The notes beneath the pieces are model-generated. The model did no database searches, had not been told where the DNA came from, and was given only the letters and a program-made list of their open reading frames with translations. A stretch of DNA of 63,446 nt, filler included, from Globobulimina sp. (lineage: Eukaryota), in NCBI GenBank assembly GCA_003354225.1. It is 23 parts of 23 records of this genome, joined end to end, with 100 filler letters (N's around TTAATTAATTAA, not from the genome) between each part and the next. Parts side by side here need not be neighbours in the genome. Positions count along the whole stretch, not along the records: positions 35,934 to 38,596 come from PIVH01005475.1; positions 38,697 to 41,358 come from PIVH01005476.1; positions 41,459 to 44,120 come from PIVH01005477.1; positions 44,221 to 46,882 come from PIVH01005478.1; positions 46,983 to 49,643 come from PIVH01005479.1; positions 49,744 to 52,404 come from PIVH01005480.1; 17 more parts are not named here. One strand, written 5' to 3'. The stretch's first letter is position 1; the number at the start of each line of letters is the position of its first letter. This document shows positions 37,350 through 50,036 of this stretch, piece after piece. A program made the translations under genes and the position numbers.

Positions 37350-38596
37350 TTATTTAAATAAATTAAAAAATCTGATATATGTAACTGTAAAAAAATGATT
37401 AAATTTCCATACTGTGGTAAATATTCTATTACCAATTGGATATAATGAAAATATTACTTTTTCTTTCATTTTAACCTCAAATATAGGTTTCCTTTGATAT
37501 GCTTTGCATGAACTTATCTCAATAAACCATTTAAATATCACACTTATTAATCCATTTAAAACAAAATTAACAAATCCCATCGATCCATGAATACTTCCTA
37601 AACTTATTGTAAATATCGTCGGTATTTTGTATTTCTTTTCTTTATCATTCGAATCGTTTCCTTTTCCTAACAACCATGAATGATACGGTATAAATCCATT
37701 AATACTATGTTCATTACTTTCATTCAAATAAACCATCAAATTGCGTATATATTGCGCATGTATCTCGGCAGTATGTGCTAATTTAATTTCTTTGACTCGC
37801 GCCTGTTGGATAACGTCACCTAAAGCAAAAATATTGCAATTATCCTGAATATCCACTCTCAACCATTCATCCACACAAATGAATTTATATTTTCCTGTCA
37901 AACCCTCAGACAACAATTCAGAATTTGGCTGAAAGCCCGCACACCGAAATACCATATCATACTCCAAACCGTCAAAGGCGGACTGATGCTCACTTTTTAA
38001 TTGATATTGACACATATTCTGATCATTGCTTTTATACTGTTCGATATCCATTTTACCAGATATAATCACTGTAGTTTTGGACGAATTTTTGCATACATTG
38101 TTATCGCACCACTTACATTCAACATCGTCAAACGGTGTAATAATTTCATTGATTCGCGTGTTTAATCTTAGACAAAATTCAAATAATTAAGTTTCTCACT
38201 TTTGTCAACATCTAACAATTCGAACGCAATTATTTGAATTTTACCTAAGTGTAATATTAGAATGTCGTTTTTCAATCCATTTTTGTAAATACTTCTGCGT
38301 TTTCTCCGGAAAAGACCGACATAAATTTGAATTTGCGTCAATTATAGTCACCATTTTCTGGGGAAAGGCGTCAATTATTTCAGCCATTAATTCAACGCCG
38401 ACTGGGCCGCCACCGATTATTGCCACTGATTTGGTTTGTTTTGTATCTGCCAATAATGAGTAAATGGCATCAAACTCCGCGGCTCGCGACTCGTAATAGA
38501 TATTATCGCCAATCTTTGGATGTGTATTTACTTTGCTTGGCGAGGCATATTTCGAGCCCGTACAAATAAAACAATAATCAAAATTAATCTTTTTCT
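37350..38596 (-). CDS. AIFM2/FSP1(AMID)-like FAD/NAD(P)H oxidoreductase (5' truncated); intron 38167-38244
   Basis: FDYCFICTGS.Y, IIGGGPVGVELMAEI, CAGFQPNS, VDEWLRV, NIFALGDV and ISLG. Confidence 0.85.
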
Positions 38597-38927
38597 NNNN
38601 NNNNNNNNNNNNNNNNNNNNNNNNNNNNNNNNNNNNNNNNTTAATTAATTAANNNNNNNNNNNNNNNNNNNNNNNNNNNNNNNNNNNNNNNNNNNNCTTT
38701 CATTTATCCTCCACAGAAAGTTCCATATCAATGTCCTCTGATTTAATTTTTTGCACATTCGTGACCATCGGGCGCTCTTGGAACAGTTTTTCCGGGGCCT
38801 GTGGCGAAAATACCTTACGACTGGGAGATAAAATTTTCATTTAATGCAATTTACATAGTTTTGGTAAAAATCTATCATAGGACAGTTTAGTAAAGAATAT
38901 TAAATTTGATTTGATAATTAATTACAT

Positions 38928-41009
38928 TTATTTCGATAATTTTAATTTATTTTTATTAATTTTTTGTTTTTCAGAATTTTTCGCTTTTGCTTGATCACAT
39001 TTAACAGCATTCTCAACTAATATTTTTTTCATATCTTTTGTTAATTTATAAAATATATTTATATCGTTTTCAATGTCAGCGGATAATTCTTGATTGGTCG
39101 CAATGTTTTTTTTATATTCAAGTTGTTGAAATGATTCAATTTCTTTAATCGTTTGATGAAATCTTTGAAATTTTTTAAAATTTATAAAACCAGAAACTAA
39201 TTTCGCAGAACCTTCATTGACTCCGGTTAGATCTCGTAAAATAACACCAAAAAATGGAATAGTCGCAATTTTCTTATTAAAATTCTTTTGTGTGATTTGT
39301 CGCAATGATTTAAAATTGTTTTTTACTGAACAACAAATTGATATTTTACTCAATAATGTTTTATGTTTATAATCCAATCGTAACCACAGATACTTTAATT
39401 TTGCCACATCGATGCTATCCAAAGCACTAAATATCGCCATTAAACTAAACAGATTTCCTAATTGTAACAAATGCGATGCGATATCGATAAAATGTGCTAA
39501 TATTCGTACCCGTAATGATAATTTATCTGTGAACATTAACGCATATTTAAAATATTCATTTACCTCATTCCAACGACCAATCATTTTCTGTAAATTTGGA
39601 TACATTTTATTTTTGCTTTTATTTCCTTTCCATACTTTATCCAATAATTCACGCGAATGAATACGAGCGAAATAATCAAAATCTTTTAAAGTTATCTGCT
39701 GTGCAATTTGTTTGGCGGAATATTTACAAATCAATTTCTTTTTTTTCCCATGCTGGATATTGCCATAATTTATATGCAATAAATTGGAAATATTTTCTAT
39801 ATCTACAACTACCACTTTTTCTTCTTCATTATCCACAAATTTATTTATATCTAATTTGGCCACACTACTCTCAATAACAGAGGTCAATAATGCATACAAT
39901 GAGTCATACCAACCATCATCAGATTCATATTTACATTCAATTATTTGTTTACATAATGTGTGCAAACCGCGTAATAAGTTATCTTGTAAACAAAAGTCAA
40001 TATAAAAATACTTTTCTATCCATTCACACAATATTTGTACGCATTTATTCTGTATTGGTCTCTGTGTGTCTTGACACCAAACACTAATCTCGTCATCGCT
40101 CCATGATGTTGCTTCCAGTGGAGCAGGGACAAAAAACCGTTTTCGAAGTGCTTCGAGTAACTCAAATGAATCAGAAAAACATCTGTGACACAACAGCAAC
40201 ACTTTTATTGTGTTCTCATCTGACTCGCATAATTCTGAACTATGTACATTTGTTATCAAACCAACCAATTGCGATAAAGTAAAGTCGCCGCAATCTAATT
40301 GTAAATCTTCTTCTATTTCTTTCATTTCTTTCTTTTCATCATCAAGCATAATATGTTTCTCTTCATTGTAATGATCGCCTTTTAAATGTATTAAATGTGA
40401 ATTAATTAAAGCAATAACTTTATCTAAAATAGGTTGGGTTGGATGTATGAAACATTGTAATCTGTTTGATGAGGAATCCAATGAATATCCCAATAACTGT
40501 AAATATTCTAAACTGCCTTCAAAACCTAATAATCGGGATTGTACGCCGTGTGTTCTTGTATCTAACACTCTGTATTTTGGATTTTTGTTGGAAATCCGTG
40601 AGGTAATCACGTGCAACGATTCTAAAATGGTAATAATTGATTCGTCGTTTGGTGCGCATGCAATGATAACATTTAGTGCACATTCAAAATCATCATATGT
40701 TGTCTGTTTGTTGTTGTCAGTGGAACAGTTTGGTCTCATTGATTCACATAACTTACATCTGAATTTGTGTGAGTTATATTTATTTGCGTATGTACAATGA
40801 CTGCAAATCCAAAAAGAATCGGCGTTATCGGATTTGTCCTTATTATCGTTATTATTTTTGTTATCATTGCTATCGGTAAGTAATGGATTGGCATCCTTGC
40901 TTTTGCTTGATTTTGAATCTGGTTTCGGTGTTTCACATAGTTCACAAGATAGCAAACATGCATGACTTGAAAAAGTGCATTCTGAGCAGTTCCAAGTGTC
41001 CATGTTCAA
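38928..41009 (-). CDS. RasGEF with two RanBP2-type Zn fingers, a PUB-like domain, REM and a CDC25 domain
   Basis: WNCSECTF..CELC, WICSHCTYAN..CKLC, PUB-like NPKYRVLD..LEYLQLLGY, IAQQITL, GNLFSLMAIFSAL, IPFFGVILRDL and INFKK. Confidence 0.9.
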   Translation of the reverse strand: MNMDTWNCSECTFSSHACLLSCELCETPKPDSKSSKSKDANPLLTDSNDNKNNNDNKDKSDNADSFWICSHCTYANKYNSHKFRCKLCESMRPNCSTDNNKQTTYDDFECALNVIIACAPNDESIITILESLHVITSRISNKNPKYRVLDTRTHGVQSRLLGFEGSLEYLQLLGYSLDSSSNRLQCFIHPTQPILDKVIALINSHLIHLKGDHYNEEKHIMLDDEKKEMKEIEEDLQLDCGDFTLSQLVGLITNVHSSELCESDENTIKVLLLCHRCFSDSFELLEALRKRFFVPAPLEATSWSDDEISVWCQDTQRPIQNKCVQILCEWIEKYFYIDFCLQDNLLRGLHTLCKQIIECKYESDDGWYDSLYALLTSVIESSVAKLDINKFVDNEEEKVVVVDIENISNLLHINYGNIQHGKKKKLICKYSAKQIAQQITLKDFDYFARIHSRELLDKVWKGNKSKNKMYPNLQKMIGRWNEVNEYFKYALMFTDKLSLRVRILAHFIDIASHLLQLGNLFSLMAIFSALDSIDVAKLKYLWLRLDYKHKTLLSKISICCSVKNNFKSLRQITQKNFNKKIATIPFFGVILRDLTGVNEGSAKLVSGFINFKKFQRFHQTIKEIESFQQLEYKKNIATNQELSADIENDINIFYKLTKDMKKILVENAVKCDQAKAKNSEKQKINKNKLKLSK

Positions 41010-41358
41010 CTTCGAATATCTTTAAAGATTTTTCATAGTCAAAGTGCTGAACTATTATCTTATAAAAATATTCAAATTTTTCTCTACTCCATTGTGCAGA
41101 TCCTAACACAGGGTTTACTGCACCGAATGAATTGTCAACAGAGTTAAATTCGCAACAAATCAAAACAACATTATCTTTGATATAACGCTTCATATTGTTT
41201 ATCCGCTCAAGTGAACATTTCCAATCCGTTATTTCAAACGTCATCGGAATTCCTGAATAGTAGCATCTAAAATCCTGTACTTCCAATAATTCAAACAAAT
41301 CATCAATTGTTATTGTGCATTCACCGCGTGTATTATTCGCAGATTGTTTTCTCCTCTT
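40942..41358 (-). CDS. HNH-like (Cys-containing) endonuclease domain, 3' fragment
   Basis: QDFRCYYSGIPM..WKCSLERINN..Y...NVVLICCEFN..QWSREK. Confidence 0.65.
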   Translation of the reverse strand, partial: KRRKQSANNTRGECTITIDDLFELLEVQDFRCYYSGIPMTFEITDWKCSLERINNMKRYIKDNVVLICCEFNSVDNSFGAVNPVLGSAQWSREKFEYFYKIIVQHFDYEKSLKIFEVEHGHLELLRMHFFKSCMFAIL

Positions 41359-41459
41359 NNNNNNNNNNNNNNNNNNNNNNNNNNNNNNNNNNNNNNNNNN
41401 NNTTAATTAATTAANNNNNNNNNNNNNNNNNNNNNNNNNNNNNNNNNNNNNNNNNNNNG

Positions 41460-41865
41460 TTTATACAAACGAGCACAAATATTTGTCGCTGACATCTATG
41501 CCGCATATAAAGGAAACTCAATTGGTAATTTTAAGGATATCAATGAATTGACCTGTTTTGCTGATTATAGAGTGCCACAATTATTGCGTGCTTTAAATAT
41601 ATTGAAATATTCAGAAAGAATATGCGATATAATTGATAAGAAGCAATTAATATATGCTGGATCCAGAGATGAAATATTAATACGGGCTGCAATGATATGT
41701 GCTGTTGAAAAATTGAAAAATAAATTGAATGAAAAAAGGAGAAATGAAGGTAAGAATGAATGCATATCCATTGAGATTGATTGGTGTTTATGGAATCGTG
41801 GAGAACAATTGCACTCACAAAATAAACTCAAACCTCATCACAGAACAATGACAATTTGTTATTAA
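41460..41865 (+). CDS. QNG1: Queuosine salvage protein (DUF2419; queuosine 5'-phosphate N-glycosylase), C-terminal part
   Basis: YKRAQIFVAD, LTCFADYRVPQLL, EILIRA, IDWCLW and PHHRTMTICY. Confidence 0.92.
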
Positions 41866-42012
41866 AAAATGAATATTTAATGCAAAAAGAAACACTTTGT
41901 GCAAGGATATAACCGATTATAACGCATTAATTATTGCAAAAACTCAATTGAAAAACAAAAACAGATCTAGAGAATGCTTGATGTAAATACAAGTCATCAG
42001 TCATAGTACAGC

Positions 42013-42924
42013 TTATTTCTTTGTTTTTTGTTTCCCTTTTTTGCCTTGTTTGGCCTGCTTTTGTTTTTGTTTTGGTTTTTCTTTACGTTCTTCTTTTTTT
42101 ACAGATTTTTCAATGTCCTCTTTTTGTTCTTTCGCTTCCTTACTTTTAGCTGTTAATCGGTCAAAATATGCTTTTCGTTTCTCATAACTCCTCTTCTTTC
42201 TTTTTATTACCTTTCTTTTTAAATACTTTCTTCGCTGTAACACGCCCGGTGTTATTAACCTTTGTATCTTGGGTTTCTTTGTTATTTTATTCCCGCTCTT
42301 TGTCACCACTTTACGTCGAACCACATAATCCCGCACATCATCATGGCGCGATAAATTAAACATTTTGCAGATTTTGCCAACACGTTTTGGCCCCAATCTT
42401 CGTGGATTGATAGTATCGGTCAATCCGGGTAAGTCTGCCTCTCCTCTCTATATTTTTGGCATTAAATAAATAAATAAATAATTATTATTATCCTCGCACT
42501 TAACTTTAACAATGGTAAGGTTTAAGGCAGCTATATCTGGACCGACGATACATCCACGCACTGATTTTCTTCTTCGTTCCCCCTTTCTTCGGGCCTTATA
42601 ACATGGCATTCCTGTGTTTCATTTTTGTGTTTGTTGTTTTGATTTCATTTTGCTGAGTATGTGTATGTAATATGTTGGTGCCGTACCTCTGCGCAACAAT
42701 AATTTGACTCTTTTATTCACCAAAACGCCTTGACGCATAGGAAAACCATCCGAATCATTGCCACCCGTGATTTTAAATACATATCCTTTAAATTCATCAC
42801 CTAAAGAATCGGCAGGTACTTCTTCCGCAATACGTCGATCCATAAATAATTGTAATCGATTCTCATCGTCAATATCAATTTTCTTTTGAGTCCCAGTGGC
42901 TGGGTTGGCGATATTTAATTTCAT
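42013..42924 (-). CDS. RPS6: 40S ribosomal protein S6 (eS6); introns 42612-42686 and 42448-42504
   Basis: [46 protein letters not shown] and PKIQRLITP. Splicing restores the frame. Confidence 0.98.
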
Positions 42925-43162
42925 TGTTGTTTGTAGCTTTTAATTTGATTGCAATGCTACAAAGTTAAATGTCTATTGCCTCAATGGTTAAAAGACCAAA
43001 AAATTAAAAAAACATTTTCCTAAACTTTGGTTTGAACAATTTTGATATTGTCGATGAGAAAAAACAACAAAAAAAAACAACAACTTATGATTTTTAATAC
43101 AATGTATCCAAACCAAAACTGGTTAAACAACCATTACAAACAAACACGGAATCGAAGACAAT

Positions 43163-43884
43163 TCAAACATGCTTAATATTTTTATAATCTCTGGAATCAA
43201 TCTCTTCCAATCCATCACTTGTAATCGCATTGTCCTTATCAACTTTTTCTTTCTTAATATCCTTAATTTTTGATCTTTTCGCCTTTAATCCTCTTAAATA
43301 AAATGCAGTAAATGCCATCATTATCAATTGATATATGATAATTCCTCCGCATACGTATAATATTAATTGCTGTGCGATGGTCGCTTCTCCTCTGGCGGCA
43401 TCAATGCAACTTTGTGCATTGTTTGGGTCACATTCAAACTTATCTGCTATTTCTTGTTGTACTTTGACATCCAGTCTGAGCCAATTATCCTCCAATATTT
43501 TATCCAATTCGCTACTTAACACAAAAAATATTATAGCACCTTCACCAATTATCAATACTATCAATACTATTATATACTGTTTTTATTTTGTTTTTAAGTG
43601 AATGTGCAAGGATAATATGTATAAAATACCAATATCAGAGCGGGTCTATTTTGATAACATGCGCCAGTGCAGCCCAATGCAGTGGTTAATAAAACAGATC
43701 CACCCAACACCATTACAATTTGATACCATACTGAACCCAACCAAATGCCAACATTGCTATTTGATTGTTGTATTCCAGCCGCAATTAAAGCCATACTACA
43801 TCCAATTAATAATGCATTCGTTAAAAATATGAATTGGCGACAAAATGCATATTTAAACCCAACAGAGAGCAATATATCATGCAT
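43163..43884 (-). CDS. Tetraspanin-like four-TM protein; intron 43577-43629
   Basis: Four TM helices, LGCTGA, and a large loop with FECD..SC. The start codon is uncertain. Confidence 0.7.
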
Positions 43885-44411
43885 TGTTGTGGTCCGACGT
43901 ATATGCCCATGGCGTGCTTGCTTCTTGTTACGAATGCAACAGCAACACATGCTGGTGTAACGAAAGGATGACCTCACTTAAAAATTTAAAGTTAAATTCT
44001 GAAAACAGTTTGTCGAGAATGGGACACACCTGTTCGGCACAAACCAATTTCGAATACATTGAGTCTGAAGAAAAAGGAACGCAGGATATCCAACATTATG
44101 TAGTAATTTCAAAAGACGCANNNNNNNNNNNNNNNNNNNNNNNNNNNNNNNNNNNNNNNNNNNNTTAATTAATTAANNNNNNNNNNNNNNNNNNNNNNNN
44201 NNNNNNNNNNNNNNNNNNNNGAGTACGAACAAATTATTACACATGTTCCAATCCATAATATTTAATAAAAGCACTACATTTTTTGTGTTAACGCTGTTGT
44301 GTCTTTTGTATATTGTTGTTATTGTTTTGTATTTTGTTTTGAAAATTTGATTAAGGTCCATTTTAAGATTTTGATAACAAAAACTTTACTCCTCGCACAA
44401 ACAAAGAGAAA

Positions 44412-45152
44412 ATGTTAAAGATAATAATAACATCGTCGACATTAAATATTAATGCGGAGAAAAGATATTCTCCAGAAATGACAATTGGAGAATTAAAACG
44501 AAAATTAGAAATGGTAGTTGGTACAAACCCGGAAAATATGATATTACAATATAGAAATGAAGAGAATGAAGTAATATGTACCTTGCAACCGGATAATTTA
44601 AAAATTGGTAAATTTGATTTAGTAAATTATAGCAATATTCATGTTGTTGATACAAAACCAGAGTCTGGAATTGTTGGGCAATTGAATGCATTGCAAAAAG
44701 GTGGGAACGTCAATACTCCCAAATATGAAATGTCTGAGGAAGCCTATAAAAAAAGAGATAATACCTTTGCAAAATGGAAAGACAAGAATTTAAAAGAGTT
44801 TTATCAAAAAAAAGAAGAAGATGAAAAACAGCAAAGTGAAGATTGGGAGAAAGACTTAAAACAAAAAAATATTAAAATAAATGAGCGATGTGAAATTATT
44901 GGAAAAGGCAAATTAAAACATCGTGGAAAAGTAATGTTTGTTGGCGGAACAAAATTTGATAAAAAAGGAACTTGGATTGGCATAGAATTGGACGAACCAT
45001 ACGGTGATAATAATGGTACTGTAAAATATAACCAATATTTTAAGTGTAAAGATAAATATGGTATATTTGTAAGACCAGATGCTGTTCAAATTGGTGATTT
45101 TCCTGTTATTGATGAGTTAGAACTGAGTGATGATGACGATGAAGAATTATAA
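44412..45152 (+). CDS. TBCB: Tubulin-folding cofactor B (Ubl + CAP-Gly)
   Basis: Ubl TIGELKRKLEMVVGT, KYEMSEEAYKKRDNTF, and CAP-Gly WIGIELDEPYGDNNGTV..YFKC..KYGIFVRP..GDFP. Confidence 0.95.
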   Translation: MLKIIITSSTLNINAEKRYSPEMTIGELKRKLEMVVGTNPENMILQYRNEENEVICTLQPDNLKIGKFDLVNYSNIHVVDTKPESGIVGQLNALQKGGNVNTPKYEMSEEAYKKRDNTFAKWKDKNLKEFYQKKEEDEKQQSEDWEKDLKQKNIKINERCEIIGKGKLKHRGKVMFVGGTKFDKKGTWIGIELDEPYGDNNGTVKYNQYFKCKDKYGIFVRPDAVQIGDFPVIDELELSDDDDEEL

Positions 45153-45164
45153 TTCACGCGCACA

Positions 45165-45175
45165 GTGCAAGGATA
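45165..45175. promoter_or_regulatory. Dispersed non-coding motif GTGCRAGGATA (one of 8 exact copies)
   Basis: Copies at 17237, 17340, 41899, 42489(-), 43604, 45165, 59165 and 60349(-), all intronic or intergenic. Function unknown. Confidence 0.6.
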
Positions 45176-45367
45176 AACTGACTGTTTTAAAGTATTTTCT
45201 GTCCCCTTTAAAAAACAGTACTGCATTGTTATAAAAATTTAACAAAGGGGCTATAGATAAAAATCGTATGCTTAATGCTTGTTGTCATATTACGCAATAT
45301 AACAACCCTAATGTAATAATGCTACACTACTTTAATAAGTCTATTAAGTATTTACTAAACACAGTAG

Positions 45368-46554
45368 CTAGTAATAAAAAAAAAGAATACAAAAAAGCAA
45401 AACTAGTAATTTGTCATTGTAATAATAAAGGTAAAGGCAGTGGATTGTTGCTATTATTATGTATTGGGGATAATGGTGATTTTGTGGTTGATTGCTTTGA
45501 GATGGAACAATCTGATGATAATGAACCAATATCGTCCCTTTCCTTTTCTTTTTCTTTATTTTTATCCAAATAACATTTTGATTTTGCGGATTCATAAATT
45601 TTTTTCATTGCATCTTGAGCCTGATACAACGATGTGTATTGATCGGTTAATTTATTAGAATTTGAATGTAACAAAATATTATAATCCTCTTTCAATGCTT
45701 TTCGAGCCTGTCTCTGTTGTAATATATTTATATTTATATTTGTATTTGTATTGTATGCGATATTGCGATATTAATTACTTAACAATATCAATCCGTGTCA
45801 AAGGTGGATGGTTTTTTGAATCTAACCATCGATGCAATTCATTCTGTTTAGGAAATGTTGGTGAATTTGGTCTTAACACAGCAATACAACATTTTATGTA
45901 TAACAATGATAATTTCATTCGACTCAATCTCTCCCGATCTGAATAGGACAATGACGACAACTCGATGTTATTTATGAATGATGCTCGAAATATCGATGGT
46001 TTCTCCTCTTCTTTCTCGCTCTCTCTCTCTCTGTCGAGAACCTGCTCTTTTTTCTCCATTTCTATTGAATCATTATCATTGTCATCATCTTCGTCGTCAT
46101 CATCAATGTCAATGTCATGATCAAATGAGCAAAAACCATTTCTATTTTTATTTTCTTGCATTCTTTCGTTGTATGATAAATGAGTCAGTGGCGGCCGATG
46201 GAATTCCCACTAAATATTTTTATTTTTATTTTTGTTTTCTATTTTACACAGTGTATTTTGTGTGCACTTAACCATTGGTTTTGAATAATTATACAATGTT
46301 TCGATGTGTACATATTCATTTTTAGGACGTGTTTCTATGTTATCAAGAAAATAACTGTTTAATTTTATTGTTAATTGACGTTTTATGCGTTTCCTTTTTG
46401 CACAGTTTCCATTCTCATTTTTTCTCATTTTTTTTCGTGGCGGTACATGATTGTTGCCATGCGGCACAATGTTTTCATTCGTTTTGTTGTGTGGCAGCGA
46501 TACAGTTTGTCTTTTTCTTTTGTTAACATTGGCTGCCATTGTGAAAGTTGCCAT
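45368..46554 (-). CDS. Hypothetical intron-containing protein with NLS-like basic and acidic tracts
   Basis: Consecutive same-strand ORFs (46210-46554, 45775-46161, 45414-45695) separated by AT-rich intron-like gaps; the exact structure is unresolved. Confidence 0.45.
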
Positions 46555-47097
46555 GATTAAACAAGAATAAAACTTTAATTTGTCGATTATGAGTTAGAGT
46601 GGGTACTGCCGCAGTACAGTAAATGTTGTTGTACATGGAAAACAGTCAAAATACTAGATATGTAATACACTTGTAACTACTGGAAGATATAAATAATAAG
46701 CCAGGCCAGCAAATAAATCATAAAAAAAAAATATAAATAATAAATCAGTGAATCAGTGAATGGAAACAATTGTTCTTATTTCATGTGTTAACTTAATAAA
46801 ATAGTCTCTGAACTCAGCTTTAGTTTTCATGTCTAATATAAATGAATTTGGATTTTGATTTTGTTTATTTTGTAACTGATTANNNNNNNNNNNNNNNNNN
46901 NNNNNNNNNNNNNNNNNNNNNNNNNNTTAATTAATTAANNNNNNNNNNNNNNNNNNNNNNNNNNNNNNNNNNNNNNNNNNNNGAAATCCTGTCAGAGCAT
47001 GATTTTGACCATACAATTGATACATTGATATCTGATAAATCGATTACAAATTATGAGCATTTAGCATAGACGTCATATATCATCGAAAACAATTAAC

Positions 47098-48123
47098 ATG
47101 ACACAGACACATTTGACCCAATCGGAACAGCATTCATTAGAGGTATTGAGTGTGACCACTTCAATTATATCATTGATTGCATCTTTATCTGTTTTCACAA
47201 CAATTATTGCCGCGAGATACGGATATATTTTATATGGCATCTCAATCAATAAATTATCGTTTCGCCTAATAGCAACATTAGTTTTTTCGGATTTGATTCG
47301 ATCGATTGGAAATATGTTAAGTCAAATATATATACTATTCATTATGTGTTAAATTATTATATAAAATATAAAAAAACACAGCATTGGCTCTCCAGAAACA
47401 GCCACGACTGCTTGCAAAGTACAAACGTTTTTGAAAATTTATGGCAGTCTCTCATCTTTTTTATGGATGATGGTTATTTTGTGGACTATATATTCATTAT
47501 TAATGTCCCACAGATCAAATGTACAAACATATCAACACAAATTCCATATTATATGGCTGATAGCATTTATTTTTGCAATAATACCGATTTGCACAAATTT
47601 TGAGTCCAACACCGGAGGATGGTGCTATATCAAAGAGACTCCCGACGGCATATTAATGCAACTATTTTGCGACTATTTATGGTGTGTAGTGACATGGATA
47701 TTTTCTCTAATTTTATATGTCCGCGTTGTGCGAGGCTTGGTATCATTGCCATTGACTGATGCTTTGCCAATAATATCCCAAATTAGATGGTATCCAATGA
47801 TATTCTTTGTTTGTTGGTTCTTCGCAGTGATTCGGAGATCAATAAATTCGTTGGGTGTGTCAAGTCCGCTTTATTTAGTTGCATTGCAGATATTATTCAC
47901 AAATTTATACGGTTTATGCAATGCAATCGTGTGGGGATTGACCATCTATAATCATATACAAACAATGAAAAGAGACAGAGCAGCAAACCAATTGAACCAT
48001 CGACATAGCAAATGTCCATCGGTCAGAGATTCTGTTAATGCTAAATCAGTGGATCCAAACGATGAGTTCATTGATGTCACTTTAATACCACATGAAAACA
48101 TTGAATCCAATTTAAAATGTTAA
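47098..48123 (+). CDS. cAMP-receptor-like GPCR (Dictyostelium CAR/plant GCR1-like); intron 47316-47381
   Basis: FRLIATLVFSDL, ACKVQTF, GGWCYI, RWYPMIFFVCWFFAVIRR and LYGLCNAIVWG; 7 TM helices. Confidence 0.85.
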
Positions 48124-48321
48124 ACGCCATAATTTTTTTCGTGAGATGTTCCTATATTTAAATATAAATTTCAATTTAAATTCATTTTATATCCTAAGTT
48201 ATTTTGTTTCATTTCATTGAAGTATGTGGTGGTGGTAACAAATCACAATGAAAGAACGCATGGTTCTCCGAGTTTTTTATTTAAAAAAACTAAGGTAAAC
48301 TTTGCCTGAGTCGAAAGAGCA

Positions 48322-49643
48322 ATGGACTGGTTATTAAAACATAATTTAATCAAACAATATTTACAAAAAAACTTTAACCAAAAAGAATTTAAGAGAGCAA
48401 TAAAATACACATTAATTATTGGCATCCAAACATTATATCAATTGCATGGCAATGCAAGCACAGATCCATATGTCTCATTTACATTGGAACAATTATCGTC
48501 AATGATAGTTTCAAATAATGGAACATTAAATATTCAGTCAGACCTTCCTGCCTTAAACAAATGCTTGAAAGATATAAAAGAGCAATTGGGCGATATTCAA
48601 AATGAATTAGATACAAAAAATAAAACGAACACAACTTCAACTTCAAATTCACAAAAATTTGTTAAAAATATAGTTAAACCAAGACCAAAACCAAAACCAA
48701 AAAATAGAAATGCAAAAAGAAATATTAAATCCGGTAAAAATAACATCACCAACAAAAAAGGCAAAGTAGTAAAAAAAGCAGACAGCAAATGGAGAATTGG
48801 CGACAGCAAACAATTTAAGTTAGTATATATTTGAAACAATGCAATTATGCAATTACCCACGACACAGAGCCTCCGACATATATCCAAATTGGTGGCCAGA
48901 ACACAACGTCAATAACGATACAAATCAAAGTGAAGAGAAATCTGAAAACACAAATGAAGAAAATGAGCAGCAAACAAATATTAATAATAATATCGAAGAC
49001 ATTCAAGACCAAATTGATTGTAATGACTATAAAGAGCCGCAACATCCACACATTTACAACCAACCGATCGCATTTAGTATACCCAAAGCACAGTTTGATA
49101 AAAATGAAGATAATAACAATAATATTGTTCAATTGCATGTCAATTTATATCCAGAATATATGCAAAAATGTTTGGATTTGGATGCAGAGAAAAACGAATT
49201 TGAAGATCGGAATAAGAATAAAAATGTAAACAATAAAAAGAGACACAACTCGAAAGCAGGCAAAGTGAAAAGAGACACAACAAAATCTTTAACGCAATGT
49301 ACTGAGTCCTCGCAAGCAAAAGCAAATGGCAACAAAACGCAGTCTCAATATTTAAAATCAGATAATAGGAATATAGCACCATGCTTGAAACATAAAAAAA
49401 GCAGAAATTCGGGTTATAATAATACAAAACAGAAAAATAAAAAGAAAAAGAAAGGCAAAAAAACAGCAATGAAAAGAGTTAAAAGACAGAAATACGAGAA
49501 TGTTGAGTCTCGAATAAAAAATGAATTAATAAAAGACCGAGAAAGAAATATGTATATTCAAAATGAGAAAGAAATACTAATGAGACATATTGCAAAATAT
49601 GGTTTGGATGAACATAAAAATGATGAATATTATGAAGAATGGA
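48322..49643 (+). CDS. Hypothetical low-complexity (Lys/Asn-rich) protein; probable intron about 48819-48867; 3' truncated
   Basis: Two adjacent ORFs joined by GTTAG...CAG. Confidence 0.5.
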
Positions 49644-50036
49644 NNNNNNNNNNNNNNNNNNNNNNNNNNNNNNNNNNNNNNNNNNNNTTAATTAATTAAN
49701 NNNNNNNNNNNNNNNNNNNNNNNNNNNNNNNNNNNNNNNNNNNGATTTCTGCGGAATATAATTCTAATTCATTTTGTTGAGGCAGTATTAGTATGGCCGG
49801 TTGTTTGTGCTCTGCCGGCTGAGGAATTAATTTTGTCTGACTCTGATCGCTAGCCATGGATAGAAGTATTTGTCTGATGATGTGAGCGATTATGATTTAC
49901 AATTAATGCAATTATGATACACTTATAATTACGCACTGTGATTATTGAATATAGCCATAACTTTTATTTGATTTGATGTTGCTTTTGTTTTTTCGCAGTT
50001 TTGAGGGTTTGATATATATATTAAAAACTATGCAGA

